The translations under genes were made by a program, and so were the position numbers. Below the pieces are notes generated by a model. The model had not been told where the DNA came from. It ran no database searches and saw only the letters and a list, made by a program, of their open reading frames with translations. From contig NZ_CANLNS010000007.1 in the NCBI RefSeq assembly GCF_947492715.1, forward strand, positions 140,591-204,590: a stretch of 64,000 bases of DNA, written 5' to 3'. Below are positions 1 to 8,852 of the stretch, piece after piece (position 1 is the stretch's first letter; each line of letters opens with the position of its first letter). This DNA is from an uncultured Psychroserpens sp. GTDB taxonomy: Bacteria > Bacteroidota > Bacteroidia > Flavobacteriales > Flavobacteriaceae.

Positions 1-275
1 GATGCCACTTTAGGATGCACAATGGCATTCATTTTTTCAAGATACGTCTTATCATTAAAGATTTTTGAGGCTATAAAGGGCTTATTAAGTCCTTTTTTGG
101 TGTATGCTTCTTCTCCAAAAAGCGTAATAAGTTTACGCCTAATAACTTTGGACCTATTCATTAATAGCTTCGCTTCGACATCTGCTATATATATAGAAAC
201 ACCAAGCTCTTCAAAGAAAGAGGCTACTGTAGTTTTTCCACTACCTATTCCGCCAGTAAGTCCAATTACAATCAT
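1..275 (-). CDS. coaE: dephospho-CoA kinase, N-terminal part (3' end runs off the window)
   Basis: Reverse-strand translation from ATG at 275-273 gives MIVIGLTGGIGSGKTTVASFFEELGVSIYIADVEAK..., the CoaE-type P-loop N-terminus. Its ATG overlaps the stop of the upstream gene (ATGA). The + strand ORF 22..282 is its antisense shadow. Confidence 0.8.
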   Translation of the reverse strand, partial: MIVIGLTGGIGSGKTTVASFFEELGVSIYIADVEAKLLMNRSKVIRRKLITLFGEEAYTKKGLNKPFIASKIFNDKTYLEKMNAIVHPKVA

Positions 276-1240
276 TTTATAATAATATATTCTACTTTAT
301 TCTGCTTCATTTTAGCCGTTTTAACCTTGGATGAATTTACAATCAATTTGGGCGTAAAGTAGGACTTTCCAGACGCTAACACTTCATTGTAATCACATTC
401 AATTTTAAAATCATTGGGAGTGACATATTTATAATCCTTTAAACTCAAATAGTAAGCTACTTTTATGTGCTTCGGAAAAAAGTTAATTTCATTAGTATTA
501 GGCAAGTTTAAAATTGAAATAGGAATTTCAAATGTTCCTTCCGTAAATTTCTCTACCTCTGCTTTAATCCTGACATTATCTTCCGATAGTTTTAAATGCT
601 TTGACGTGCTCTCGAATGCTAAATCTAATTCGGTATCTACATTGGTCTTGACATTATTTAAGTTGAAAGGCACGGTTTCAATGAATGCTATTTCAGAAAT
701 TTGGTCTTCTGCTCCTATAACTTTGACCGAATCTGGCATGAGTTCAATTCCATTTAAAGCATCATATCCTAGAGCATAGCTGACTTTAGATTTTAAAACT
801 ACTGGTACCATTTTAGTGCTTAATTTTCCGAAAGGAAAACGCAAAGTATCTGGAGTGACTGAAACGATTTTAACCGAATTACCTAATTGCTCCTTAATAG
901 CGTAGGTTCCTTTTTCTGCAAGCCATATATATGTGTTGTCTTTCACAAACGTACTCGTCTCAAAATCTAACTGATAGGAATTATCATAAAAGTAATATGA
1001 GAACAAATTGAATCCATGCGTTGACACGGTTACATTCACTTTAGGAACACTATCGAGCGTAATCACATTAGCTTCAGGTAAGTTTTTATATTCTACATTA
1101 AAAGGGATTGTTTCCACATAAGTTTCTGAAAGTTTAGTTACAACTAAAATTAAGAATGCTATTAAAAAGAAAAGACCAAAAACATTAAGTCTTTTATTTC
1201 TTATTGATTGTCCTAATTTTGATTTTATACTATTTAGCAT
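272..1240 (-). CDS. YbbR-like domain protein with one N-terminal TM helix
   Basis: 322-aa ORF with an N-terminal hydrophobic helix (FGLFFLIAFLILVV) followed by repeated beta-rich segments. Position immediately upstream of coaE is as in other Flavobacteriia. The family call is from memory of this synteny and is not verified. Confidence 0.5.
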   Translation of the reverse strand: MLNSIKSKLGQSIRNKRLNVFGLFFLIAFLILVVTKLSETYVETIPFNVEYKNLPEANVITLDSVPKVNVTVSTHGFNLFSYYFYDNSYQLDFETSTFVKDNTYIWLAEKGTYAIKEQLGNSVKIVSVTPDTLRFPFGKLSTKMVPVVLKSKVSYALGYDALNGIELMPDSVKVIGAEDQISEIAFIETVPFNLNNVKTNVDTELDLAFESTSKHLKLSEDNVRIKAEVEKFTEGTFEIPISILNLPNTNEINFFPKHIKVAYYLSLKDYKYVTPNDFKIECDYNEVLASGKSYFTPKLIVNSSKVKTAKMKQNKVEYIIIK

Positions 1241-2243
1241 TTTTAAAAAATAATTTAGGAAATCTTTGTTCTGGTTTCTTTTTTAAAACCGCTACTGCCA
1301 ATGTAGATTTTAAAAACCCATAGCCATAACCGAAAAACTGAATAAAAATAGCTAAAATAGATTGAATGGCTACACTTAAATTTACAGTAGCTGTTAAAGC
1401 CAAAACAAAAGCAAATAGAATATACAAGGCATACATCATTATGAAAATTTTAATTCCAACTAACCAACCAATTAATGCTATTATAAAACCAAGCGAAAAT
1501 ACGGTTGGAAACCAATACGTCAAACGTCTCGTTTCGGGATGCCAACTATTAAGAATTGGTCTTACTAAACCAAATTTATGAACTTGCTGATAAAATTTCT
1601 TCCAAGAAATGCGTCTTTTATGATATACGAAGGCCTCGTTAATTAACACTGTATCATAACCCAAATTATTCAACCTTATTGATAAATCTGGATCTTCACC
1701 TGGGTGAATGATACCAAAACCACCAGAACTCGTAAAGGCTTCCTTAGAGATCCCCATGTTAAAGCTACGTGGTTGAAACTTATCTCCCGATATTTTCCCT
1801 CCTCTTATGCCTCCAGTAGATATGAAAGACGTCATTGCAAAGTTAATCGCTTTTTGCAAATTGGTAAATGAACCATGTGCCGCATCAGGGCCTCCAAAAC
1901 AATGAACAAAATTAGCAGAAAGATATCTATTCACAGTTTCCAAGTACTGTGATGGCAGTAAACAATCGGAATCTAAAATAATAAAGTAATTTCCTTTTGC
2001 CCTTTGCATTCCAAAATTTCTCGAATCTCCAGGTCCCGAATTTTCTTTAAAGAAATAGGATATATCCAATTGTGCCTTGTAGTTTTCTACCACATGCCTA
2101 CAATCTTTGGATGATCCATCTTCAACAATAACAACCTCATAAGCCAGATCTCCATCTAATTGGCTAAAACTCATAAGTAGTTCTTCTATTTCTTCGGGTC
2201 TGTTATATACAGGGATTATAAACGAAAAATGCAGTGCTCTCAT
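1230..2243 (-). CDS. family 2 glycosyltransferase with C-terminal membrane-spanning region
   Basis: FSFIIPVYNRPEEIEELL, VIVEDGSS and ILDSD motifs are typical of the GT2 GT-A fold. The C-terminal ~90 aa are hydrophobic helices. I prefer the ATG at 2243 over the TTG at 2252 used by the ORF track. Confidence 0.8.
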   Translation of the reverse strand: MRALHFSFIIPVYNRPEEIEELLMSFSQLDGDLAYEVVIVEDGSSKDCRHVVENYKAQLDISYFFKENSGPGDSRNFGMQRAKGNYFIILDSDCLLPSQYLETVNRYLSANFVHCFGGPDAAHGSFTNLQKAINFAMTSFISTGGIRGGKISGDKFQPRSFNMGISKEAFTSSGGFGIIHPGEDPDLSIRLNNLGYDTVLINEAFVYHKRRISWKKFYQQVHKFGLVRPILNSWHPETRRLTYWFPTVFSLGFIIALIGWLVGIKIFIMMYALYILFAFVLALTATVNLSVAIQSILAIFIQFFGYGYGFLKSTLAVAVLKKKPEQRFPKLFFKNAK

Positions 2244-2308
2244 ACAATACAAAGGTAGCCATTGTATTTAAATTATTATATTTAAATTATCATTCAAGTA
2301 GATCAAAA

Positions 2309-3412
2309 ATGAAATCAAAAAATATATTCATTCATATCCCGAAAACGGGCGGCACAACTATCAATTGTATTATGACAAAATCGGATTGGCAAACCGAGCC
2401 CGATTTTAATTATCGACATATTCTATATGATACAAAACGTTCTAATTCTGGAGACATCTTTAATCCGTTAAAAAACGAAACCTACTCTGACTATCACATC
2501 TTTACGATGCTAAGAAATCCAGTAGACAGACTCATATCTGAATATTACTTTATAAAAGACAGACCCGAGTTTATGTCATTATTAAAACCAATTCCAAAGA
2601 ATCTAATTGAATATGCAAAACATAAACAGACTGGTAATTATATGGTGGGGTTTCTTTTAGGCAAAAGAATGTATGACGAAGACCTAGTTACAAAAAATGA
2701 TTTACAACTTGTTTTAAATACCATTAATAGTTTAAATATAAAGGTTGGTTTCTTTGAAGAGTATGAGAAATCAATGCGATATTTTAGTTCAATTACTGGA
2801 ATAAAATGGCCAAAAACTATCGATATAAAGAGAAAAACATTGAATAGGCCTGAGATTAATGATGTTTCCGATGTGATTAAGAATAGCATCAAAAAAAACA
2901 ATGCGCTTGATTTTGAACTCTATAATCATTGTAAGGCCATGTTTAATGACATGGATCTTTCAGGGAGCGATTCTAATAAGATTAGTTTTATTGGCAATGA
3001 ATATGATTATATTATGAAATATACGCAGCGATTTAATCTTTTACAAGTTGGATTAAAAAATGTGAGCTTTATAAACAATAATCAAATTTACTTTAAGGAC
3101 TTAAATCAATACTTACACAATAAACTTAAACAGAAAGAAGGCAAATCGTATGTGATGATATGGACTGATTATTTTATAAAATCGTGTCATGAGGCATTTC
3201 CAGGTTCAGGGCTAATAAAAAAACTAAACACCTTAGATTCTCATCAAGAGCCTTTAGAAAAAGTAAAAGACATGTGTAAGATTTTAGATCTAGAACTAAG
3301 AACGAAAGCCATGACCTATAACAAACCCCTAATTTTCGATCCTTCTAAACTCAATATGAATTTAAGAATAAAGAAAGGTTTGTTTTCAATTCTGAAATCA
3401 AAATTAGGATAA
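2309..3412 (+). CDS. sulfotransferase-family protein with ~150-aa uncharacterised C-terminal extension
   Basis: IHIPKTGGTT (5'-PSB-like P-loop) and RNPVDRLISEYY (3'-PB-like) are the PAPS-binding motifs of the sulfotransferase fold. Start moved to ATG 2309 (MKSKNIFIHIPKTGG). Confidence 0.65.
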   Translation: MKSKNIFIHIPKTGGTTINCIMTKSDWQTEPDFNYRHILYDTKRSNSGDIFNPLKNETYSDYHIFTMLRNPVDRLISEYYFIKDRPEFMSLLKPIPKNLIEYAKHKQTGNYMVGFLLGKRMYDEDLVTKNDLQLVLNTINSLNIKVGFFEEYEKSMRYFSSITGIKWPKTIDIKRKTLNRPEINDVSDVIKNSIKKNNALDFELYNHCKAMFNDMDLSGSDSNKISFIGNEYDYIMKYTQRFNLLQVGLKNVSFINNNQIYFKDLNQYLHNKLKQKEGKSYVMIWTDYFIKSCHEAFPGSGLIKKLNTLDSHQEPLEKVKDMCKILDLELRTKAMTYNKPLIFDPSKLNMNLRIKKGLFSILKSKLG

Positions 3413-3415
3413 AAT

Positions 3416-3443
3416 AAAAGCCCAATCAAATGATTGGGCTTTT
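3416..3443. terminator. bidirectional intrinsic terminator between convergent genes
   Basis: Hairpin aaagcccaatc / gattgggcttt, flanked by an A-run and a T-run. Confidence 0.6.
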
Positions 3444-3465
3444 AAATTTATGTAATTCACTAAGT

Positions 3466-5211
3466 TTATTGCTTAATAACTCTTACTGTTTTAGTTACAT
3501 CACCAATTGTTACTTGCACGAAGTAAGCTCCTTGGCTTAAACCATTCATATCTACAGTACTTTCAACTGCATTAGGCGATGTTCTAAGAACTTCTTGACC
3601 TAACATATTATAAACAGCTACATTTTGAATATCCTTCTGTGCACTTAATGTTAACTCATTTTTAACTGGGTTAGGGTAATAAGTGAACGCATTTGGATTT
3701 TCTACACCATCTACAGAAAGTGTTGCATCAACAGATATTGTAAAGTCACCTTCAACTCTTCCTGCTGGAGGAGCCGTTGGAGGAGCAATACCATCATTCC
3801 AAACTCTAACAAGGTAAGTATTAGAAACTGTTAAACCTGTAAGGTTCAATGTTTCACCACCATTAGCATCAGAACATCCTACCTGAGTTGCTAAAGTACA
3901 ATCTTCATAAACAGCAACGTTAGCTTGATCTGCAGTACCTAAAGTAGTAATAACAGTCATGTCAGCTTCAGAAGCAGTAAAAGAATACCATACATCTACG
4001 ATAGTAGCTAAACCACTCTCACAAGTTGGATTAGCATCTGCAGCTTCTACAGTTGCACCAGCAGTTGTTCCTGTTTCGGCAACACCAACAGCTAAGCCTT
4101 CTGCATTAGCACATAAGTCATTAGCAGGAGCTACAATAGCAGGAGCACAAGTCACCCCTAAATCATAATTTCCAGTATCTCCAACATTCCATCCTTCTAC
4201 AGCAATGTAATACGTCGTTGTACCATCAGAAATAAACGTTAAGAAAGATCTATATGATTCTGGTGGATTAGCTCCACAAGCATCTGCATCTTCATTTTCT
4301 GCAACTTGCGTTAAGTTTCCAGAAGTTCCTGTAAATACCATGATACCTGTATCATAATCTGAAGCACAAAGTGATAATGTCACTTCCTCTGCAGATCCAG
4401 AACCTGTATAAGTAAACCATACGTTAGGCGCATCAAAATCTGCTCCACCAGCAGGCTCTCCAGGATAATCTTCATCAAGAGTTGCATCAACTGTTGATCC
4501 TGTGTAGTTCATACCACAAGCAACAGGGTCTGCACCAGCGAAATCATCATTAGATGGAGGACAGTTGGCTGCGTTATACGTAAGCGCCGCACTAGATGTA
4601 GTACATGTACCATCATCATCATTGGTTACTGTAATGATAACATTTGTTCCGTTAGTGTAGGCACCATAAGAATACGTCCCAGCAGTTAAACCACCACTAG
4701 CAGCAGTACCTTGGTCATCTGTAATAGTTACACCAGAAGCTGTACCTATATCATTAATGACTACTTCTAATGTGAAGTCTGTATCAGTTGGACAGTTCGG
4801 TATCACATTGTAAGTGACATCAGGAATTGAACAAGACGGACACAGTGCTGAAATCGCTGTTGTAATACTGGTTTCTGCACCAGTACCAACTTCTGCGCCG
4901 AGCGCATCGAGTATCCTATAGGAGGTTTCGGCTCCAAAGCCTCCGCCACCATTCCAGAGCGTGGTAATCATATCACCATCGTTCACGGCAAATGTCATTG
5001 TCATTTGCACTCCAGCCGGACTTCCTTCACCAGCTGTAAAAGTAACGTCATCTAAGACCTCTACACCGTTTACAAGTACATCCATAGTGTTGCCATTCCA
5101 GCCATCACCCCAAGAGTCATTCATCTCCAAGGTATAATTACACTGGGCTTTAGCGGAAAAACTAAAGCATAAGGTAACAATTGCAATAAATAAAAAAGTA
5201 ATTTTTTTCAT
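3466..5211 (-). CDS. secreted T9SS cargo protein: GDGW N-terminal domain, Ig-like module, two PPC-like modules, Por C-terminal sorting domain
   Basis: Signal peptide MKKITFLFIAIVTLCFSFSAKAQ. C-terminal FTYYPNPVKNELTL...VYNMLGQEV...GAYFVQV...VIKQ is a classic T9SS CTD. Internal modules start with NDDFAGADPVACG and NDLCANAEGLAVG. Confidence 0.85.
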   Translation of the reverse strand: MKKITFLFIAIVTLCFSFSAKAQCNYTLEMNDSWGDGWNGNTMDVLVNGVEVLDDVTFTAGEGSPAGVQMTMTFAVNDGDMITTLWNGGGGFGAETSYRILDALGAEVGTGAETSITTAISALCPSCSIPDVTYNVIPNCPTDTDFTLEVVINDIGTASGVTITDDQGTAASGGLTAGTYSYGAYTNGTNVIITVTNDDDGTCTTSSAALTYNAANCPPSNDDFAGADPVACGMNYTGSTVDATLDEDYPGEPAGGADFDAPNVWFTYTGSGSAEEVTLSLCASDYDTGIMVFTGTSGNLTQVAENEDADACGANPPESYRSFLTFISDGTTTYYIAVEGWNVGDTGNYDLGVTCAPAIVAPANDLCANAEGLAVGVAETGTTAGATVEAADANPTCESGLATIVDVWYSFTASEADMTVITTLGTADQANVAVYEDCTLATQVGCSDANGGETLNLTGLTVSNTYLVRVWNDGIAPPTAPPAGRVEGDFTISVDATLSVDGVENPNAFTYYPNPVKNELTLSAQKDIQNVAVYNMLGQEVLRTSPNAVESTVDMNGLSQGAYFVQVTIGDVTKTVRVIKQ

Positions 5212-5298
5212 ATTAGGTTGAATTTAATTATTATGTGTTAAAATTATGATAATTCTATAATATATAATACTGAATATTATAAAATCGATAAAAAGACA

Positions 5299-5310
5299 AA
5301 AACACCGATA
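5299..5310 (-). promoter_or_regulatory. copy 1 of exact 12-mer AAAACACCGATA (TATCGGTGTTTT in gene orientation) upstream of a T9SS cargo gene
   Basis: Exact 12-mer seen three times in the window, always in cargo-gene upstream regions. This copy is 88 nt upstream of the ATG at 5211. Confidence 0.35.
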
Positions 5311-5344
5311 AAATACCATACCACTTTCATAATCAATATTTTAC

Positions 5345-5356
5345 AAAACACCGATA
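5345..5356 (-). promoter_or_regulatory. copy 2 of exact 12-mer AAAACACCGATA
   Basis: Second copy, 46 nt from copy 1, in the same intergenic region. Confidence 0.35.
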
Positions 5357-5404
5357 GTTATTGGCCTCACACTATATTTTCTTTTTAAAAACCACGAAAT
5401 CCAA

Positions 5405-5431
5405 TAAAAAAAGAGGCCATTTTGGCCTCTT
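5405..5431 (-). terminator. intrinsic terminator of the 1050-aa cargo gene
   Basis: aagaggcc-atttt-ggcctctt hairpin, followed by a T-run on the minus strand. Confidence 0.7.
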
Positions 5432-5456
5432 TTAAAAATAATTGTGAATTTGTATT

Positions 5457-8400
5457 TTACTGTTTTATAATTCTTATTGTTTCTGTAACATCATTTATTG
5501 TCACTTTCACGAAATAAGTTCCAGTTTGTAATTGACTCATATCTAATTCAGAACGCAATTCTCTTGGAGCAATTGTTAATACTTCTTGACCAAGCATGTT
5601 GATAACTGTAATAGCATCAATTGCGTTTTGAGCATTTAACGTTAGCGTGTTTTTAACTGGGTTAGGGAAATATGTAAATGCATTCTCATTTTCAAACTCA
5701 TCGGTAGATAATGAAGCATCAACAGTAATTGTATAATCTTCAGTTTCACCACGAGGTGTAGCTGCCGATCCATATGAGCAAGGTGCATCATCCCCTGGAT
5801 TTGCATCGTTCCAATCAATTAACACTCTCATTCTATAATCTCCATCTGGTGTTGCATCTGGTATAGTAATTGTTCCGTTAAATGGTCCATTACCATAACT
5901 TGTTGTACTAAAAGCAACTTCAGAAGTATCAAATACGAAATCATTGTTCCAATCAACCCAAACTGCACATCCTACAGTACCACCAACAATCACTACTTCA
6001 AAATCAATTGTCGCATTTGGTCCACCACTTGCAGACATTGTAGCCGAATTGTTTTGATAGTTATTAGGTGCTAAACCAGAACTTAAATTTGTAATATTCA
6101 TATCATTCCCTGACGTAGAAAAATCATCTATATACGTCGCTGTACTTGTTCCATTAGGAATACAATATCCAGCGTTAAAAGTAAATGGTTGTGACCAACT
6201 ACTTGTATCTCCTCCTCCACAATCTGATTGTACACGTAAGTCATAAAGTGTATCCACTGTTAAACCTGTAGCTGTATCGAATAAGTCGGCTGTTGATCCA
6301 CTTGAAACTACACCATCTCCCTGAGCATTACCTTGAGGAACAACCTCCCAGTTATATCCTACTGGTGTTGTACCATCAGTTGGTGCTGTCCAAGAAAGGT
6401 CGGCTGAACTTGGTGCAACGAATGCTGCATCAAGGTTTTCAGGAACAACACATGAAGGCGGTGTTCCAACACATACATCAAACGTAGTTTGCGCTGTACC
6501 AGTAGGGCTACTACTCCATCCATAAACTCTTACATAATAAGTATTACCACCTGTAAGACCTGTTAAATCTAAAGTATTAGGATCACTTTCTCCTACTTCG
6601 TTGGCTGCTGTCATATTACATCCTGCAGCATCATCAAATACACTCATTCCCATGTCAGTTGAAGTTCCTACTTGTGCAACAACATTTAAAAGTGAGATTT
6701 GGTGCTCTGCTCCTGTTGCAACAAATGTAAACCAAACATCATTATTTGGTGTTCCTGTAGCATCATCAGGTTGAGGAGATTCTGTAGCACTAACTGTAGT
6801 ACCGCTAGTTACAACACCACAAGCTAAATCGGCATTTACCGTTAAAGCAACCGCAGCATCACATTCATCGTTTGCTGGTGGTGAAGGTGGTGTTCCTACA
6901 CATACATCGAATGTAGTTTGAGCCGTAGCTGTCGGGCTGCTGCTCCATCCATAAACTCTTACATAATATGTATTACCTCCAGTAAGTCCTGTTAAACTAA
7001 GGGTGTTAGGATCACTTTCTCCTACTTCGTTGGCTGCTGTCATATTACATCCTGCAGCATCATCAAATACACTCATTCCCATATCTACTGAAGTACCTAC
7101 TTGAGCTACAATATTTAAAAGTGAGATTTGGTGCTCTGCTCCTGTTGCAACAAATGTAAACCAAACATCGTTATTTGGTGTTCCTGTAGCATCATCTGGC
7201 TGTGGTGATTCTGTTGCACTCACAGTTGTTCCGCTAGTTACAACACCGCAAGCTAAATCAGCATTTACAGTTAAAGCAACTGCAGCATCACATTCGTCGT
7301 TTGCAGGAGGTGCAGGTGGTGTTCCTACACAAATATCGAAAGTTGTTTGAGCAGAATTTGTACCACTCCATCCATAAACTCTAACATAATAAGTATTGCC
7401 ATTAGTAAGACCAGTTAGATTAAGTGAATTAGGATCACTTTCTCCTACTTCATTTGCTGCTGTCATATTACATCCAGCTGCATCATCAAATACGCTCATT
7501 CCCATATCTGTTGAAGTTCCAATTACCGCAGTAACATTTAAAAGTGAGATTTGATGTTGAGCACCCGTTGCTACGAATGTAAACCAAACATCATTATCTG
7601 GCGTTCCTGTGGCATCATCAGGTTGTGGAGAAGCTGTACCTCCAACCGTAGTTCCGCTGGTTACTACACCACATGCTAAATCGGCATTAACAGTTAAAGC
7701 AACTGCAGCATCACACTCATCATTTGCTGGTGGTACGGCAGGCGTCGTAAACGCTACTGGACCTACCCAATTACTTGTAGATCCACTACAATCTGATCTA
7801 ACGTATATTTCATAATCATTCTGAGCAGTTAATCCCATTAACATATAAGGATTTGCAACGCCTGAAGCCGTTGGTGTACCTGTCGCTGTTCCTGCAGCCG
7901 TAATGTCTACTAATTCTACATCCCATAACATTGCTGTTCCAGCTTCTGTCCAAGCTATAGTAGCCTCAATTGGAGATGTCGGTGTCGCTGTTAGCGATGT
8001 TGGATCTGGACAAGCTGGAGGTGTTGCAGACGTAATTGTCGGAGCATCAAAACAGAAACCCCATTCATAAGCAGCTCCACCGGCTCCACCATCGTCTAAA
8101 AACGAAATTCTATATCTAAAACCTGATTGTTGTGTTCCTGTAAACCCAGCAATGTTTAAAACAATACTAGTAAAGGAATCTCTTGCCCCTGCACAGAAAT
8201 CATTTTGAGGTTGATCTGCGGTTCCAACAAATTGCTCCCAAGTAGTCCAAGCTCCTGCATCAGCATCCCAGTATTCTAGTGTTAAAGTATCATCTAAATC
8301 ATTATAAGTAAAATCTACACTTACTGTTAGCCAAGTTTCACCTGCACCAAAAGCAGCTGTTAAATCTATAACAGGAGACTCTGCAGCAATGTCATCATCA

Positions 8401-8609
8401 CTACCATTTCCGGCATCATCATCATCAAATGCAAAATTAGCAGTTAGGGTTGGATCAGCTTCAAAAGCAAGAGGGTCTGTATTATAGACTCCGGTCACGG
8501 TCCAATTCGCATTGGGCCAACTTGCATTTTGATTAAGCGTTTGCGCCATCAATTCGCTCGTAAAAACGAAAGAAAACGTCAACAGAAAAAATAAAGTAAT
8601 CTTTTTCAT
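5457..8609 (-). CDS. large secreted T9SS cargo protein: two fn3-like modules, three tandem PPC-like modules, GEVED-like domain, Por CTD
   Basis: Signal peptide MKKITLFFLLTFSFVFTSELMAQ. The module PPANDECDAAVALTVNADLACGVVTSGTTV...TFDVCVGTPP occurs three times. PRGETEDYTITV matches the GEVED motif. C-terminal FTYFPNPVKNTLTL...NMLGQEV...GTYFVKV is a T9SS CTD. Confidence 0.85.
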   Translation of the reverse strand: MKKITLFFLLTFSFVFTSELMAQTLNQNASWPNANWTVTGVYNTDPLAFEADPTLTANFAFDDDDAGNGSDDDIAAESPVIDLTAAFGAGETWLTVSVDFTYNDLDDTLTLEYWDADAGAWTTWEQFVGTADQPQNDFCAGARDSFTSIVLNIAGFTGTQQSGFRYRISFLDDGGAGGAAYEWGFCFDAPTITSATPPACPDPTSLTATPTSPIEATIAWTEAGTAMLWDVELVDITAAGTATGTPTASGVANPYMLMGLTAQNDYEIYVRSDCSGSTSNWVGPVAFTTPAVPPANDECDAAVALTVNADLACGVVTSGTTVGGTASPQPDDATGTPDNDVWFTFVATGAQHQISLLNVTAVIGTSTDMGMSVFDDAAGCNMTAANEVGESDPNSLNLTGLTNGNTYYVRVYGWSGTNSAQTTFDICVGTPPAPPANDECDAAVALTVNADLACGVVTSGTTVSATESPQPDDATGTPNNDVWFTFVATGAEHQISLLNIVAQVGTSVDMGMSVFDDAAGCNMTAANEVGESDPNTLSLTGLTGGNTYYVRVYGWSSSPTATAQTTFDVCVGTPPSPPANDECDAAVALTVNADLACGVVTSGTTVSATESPQPDDATGTPNNDVWFTFVATGAEHQISLLNVVAQVGTSTDMGMSVFDDAAGCNMTAANEVGESDPNTLDLTGLTGGNTYYVRVYGWSSSPTGTAQTTFDVCVGTPPSCVVPENLDAAFVAPSSADLSWTAPTDGTTPVGYNWEVVPQGNAQGDGVVSSGSTADLFDTATGLTVDTLYDLRVQSDCGGGDTSSWSQPFTFNAGYCIPNGTSTATYIDDFSTSGNDMNITNLSSGLAPNNYQNNSATMSASGGPNATIDFEVVIVGGTVGCAVWVDWNNDFVFDTSEVAFSTTSYGNGPFNGTITIPDATPDGDYRMRVLIDWNDANPGDDAPCSYGSAATPRGETEDYTITVDASLSTDEFENENAFTYFPNPVKNTLTLNAQNAIDAITVINMLGQEVLTIAPRELRSELDMSQLQTGTYFVKVTINDVTETIRIIKQ
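6456..7733 (-). repeat. three tandem coding repeats of 423, 429 and 426 nt (141-143 aa each)
   Basis: Units are 7311-7733, 6882-7310 and 6456-6881. Units 2 and 3 share an identical run of about 75 nt (ttaggatcactttctcctacttcgttggctgctgtcatattacatcctgcagcatcatcaaatacactcattcccat). Confidence 0.9.
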
Positions 8610-8852
8610 ATTAATTAATTTTTTAAATAGTTATCGTTTAAAATTAAATTAAAAATCCATGACCGAATCAGGCGCATGTCCTTAATCGATTAAAAGTAAA
8701 AAACAACGACGAACTTGAATTTACCTTAACAAAAAATAGAACTCAACATCAGTTTTTTACTTTTAATCGTTGAAAAATTGATTACAGAACAATTAAACAA
8801 TGGTCAAAGTTGCTTTTTATCGATTAAAAAATGAATTACATATAAGAAGGCA

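Noticed and set aside
22-282. 86-aa + strand ORF at the window start
   Set aside because: It is the antisense shadow of coaE. The minus-strand translation has a clear CoaE P-loop N-terminus, and the + strand product has no recognisable features.
2234-2308. N-terminal extensions proposed by the ORF track (2234, 20085, 24125, 49595, 51126, 52590, 53268, 60700)
   Set aside because: In each case a downstream ATG gives a canonical N-terminus (signal peptide, lipobox or known family start). Several of the upstream starts overlap TAnnTTTG promoter boxes or use TTG/GTG.
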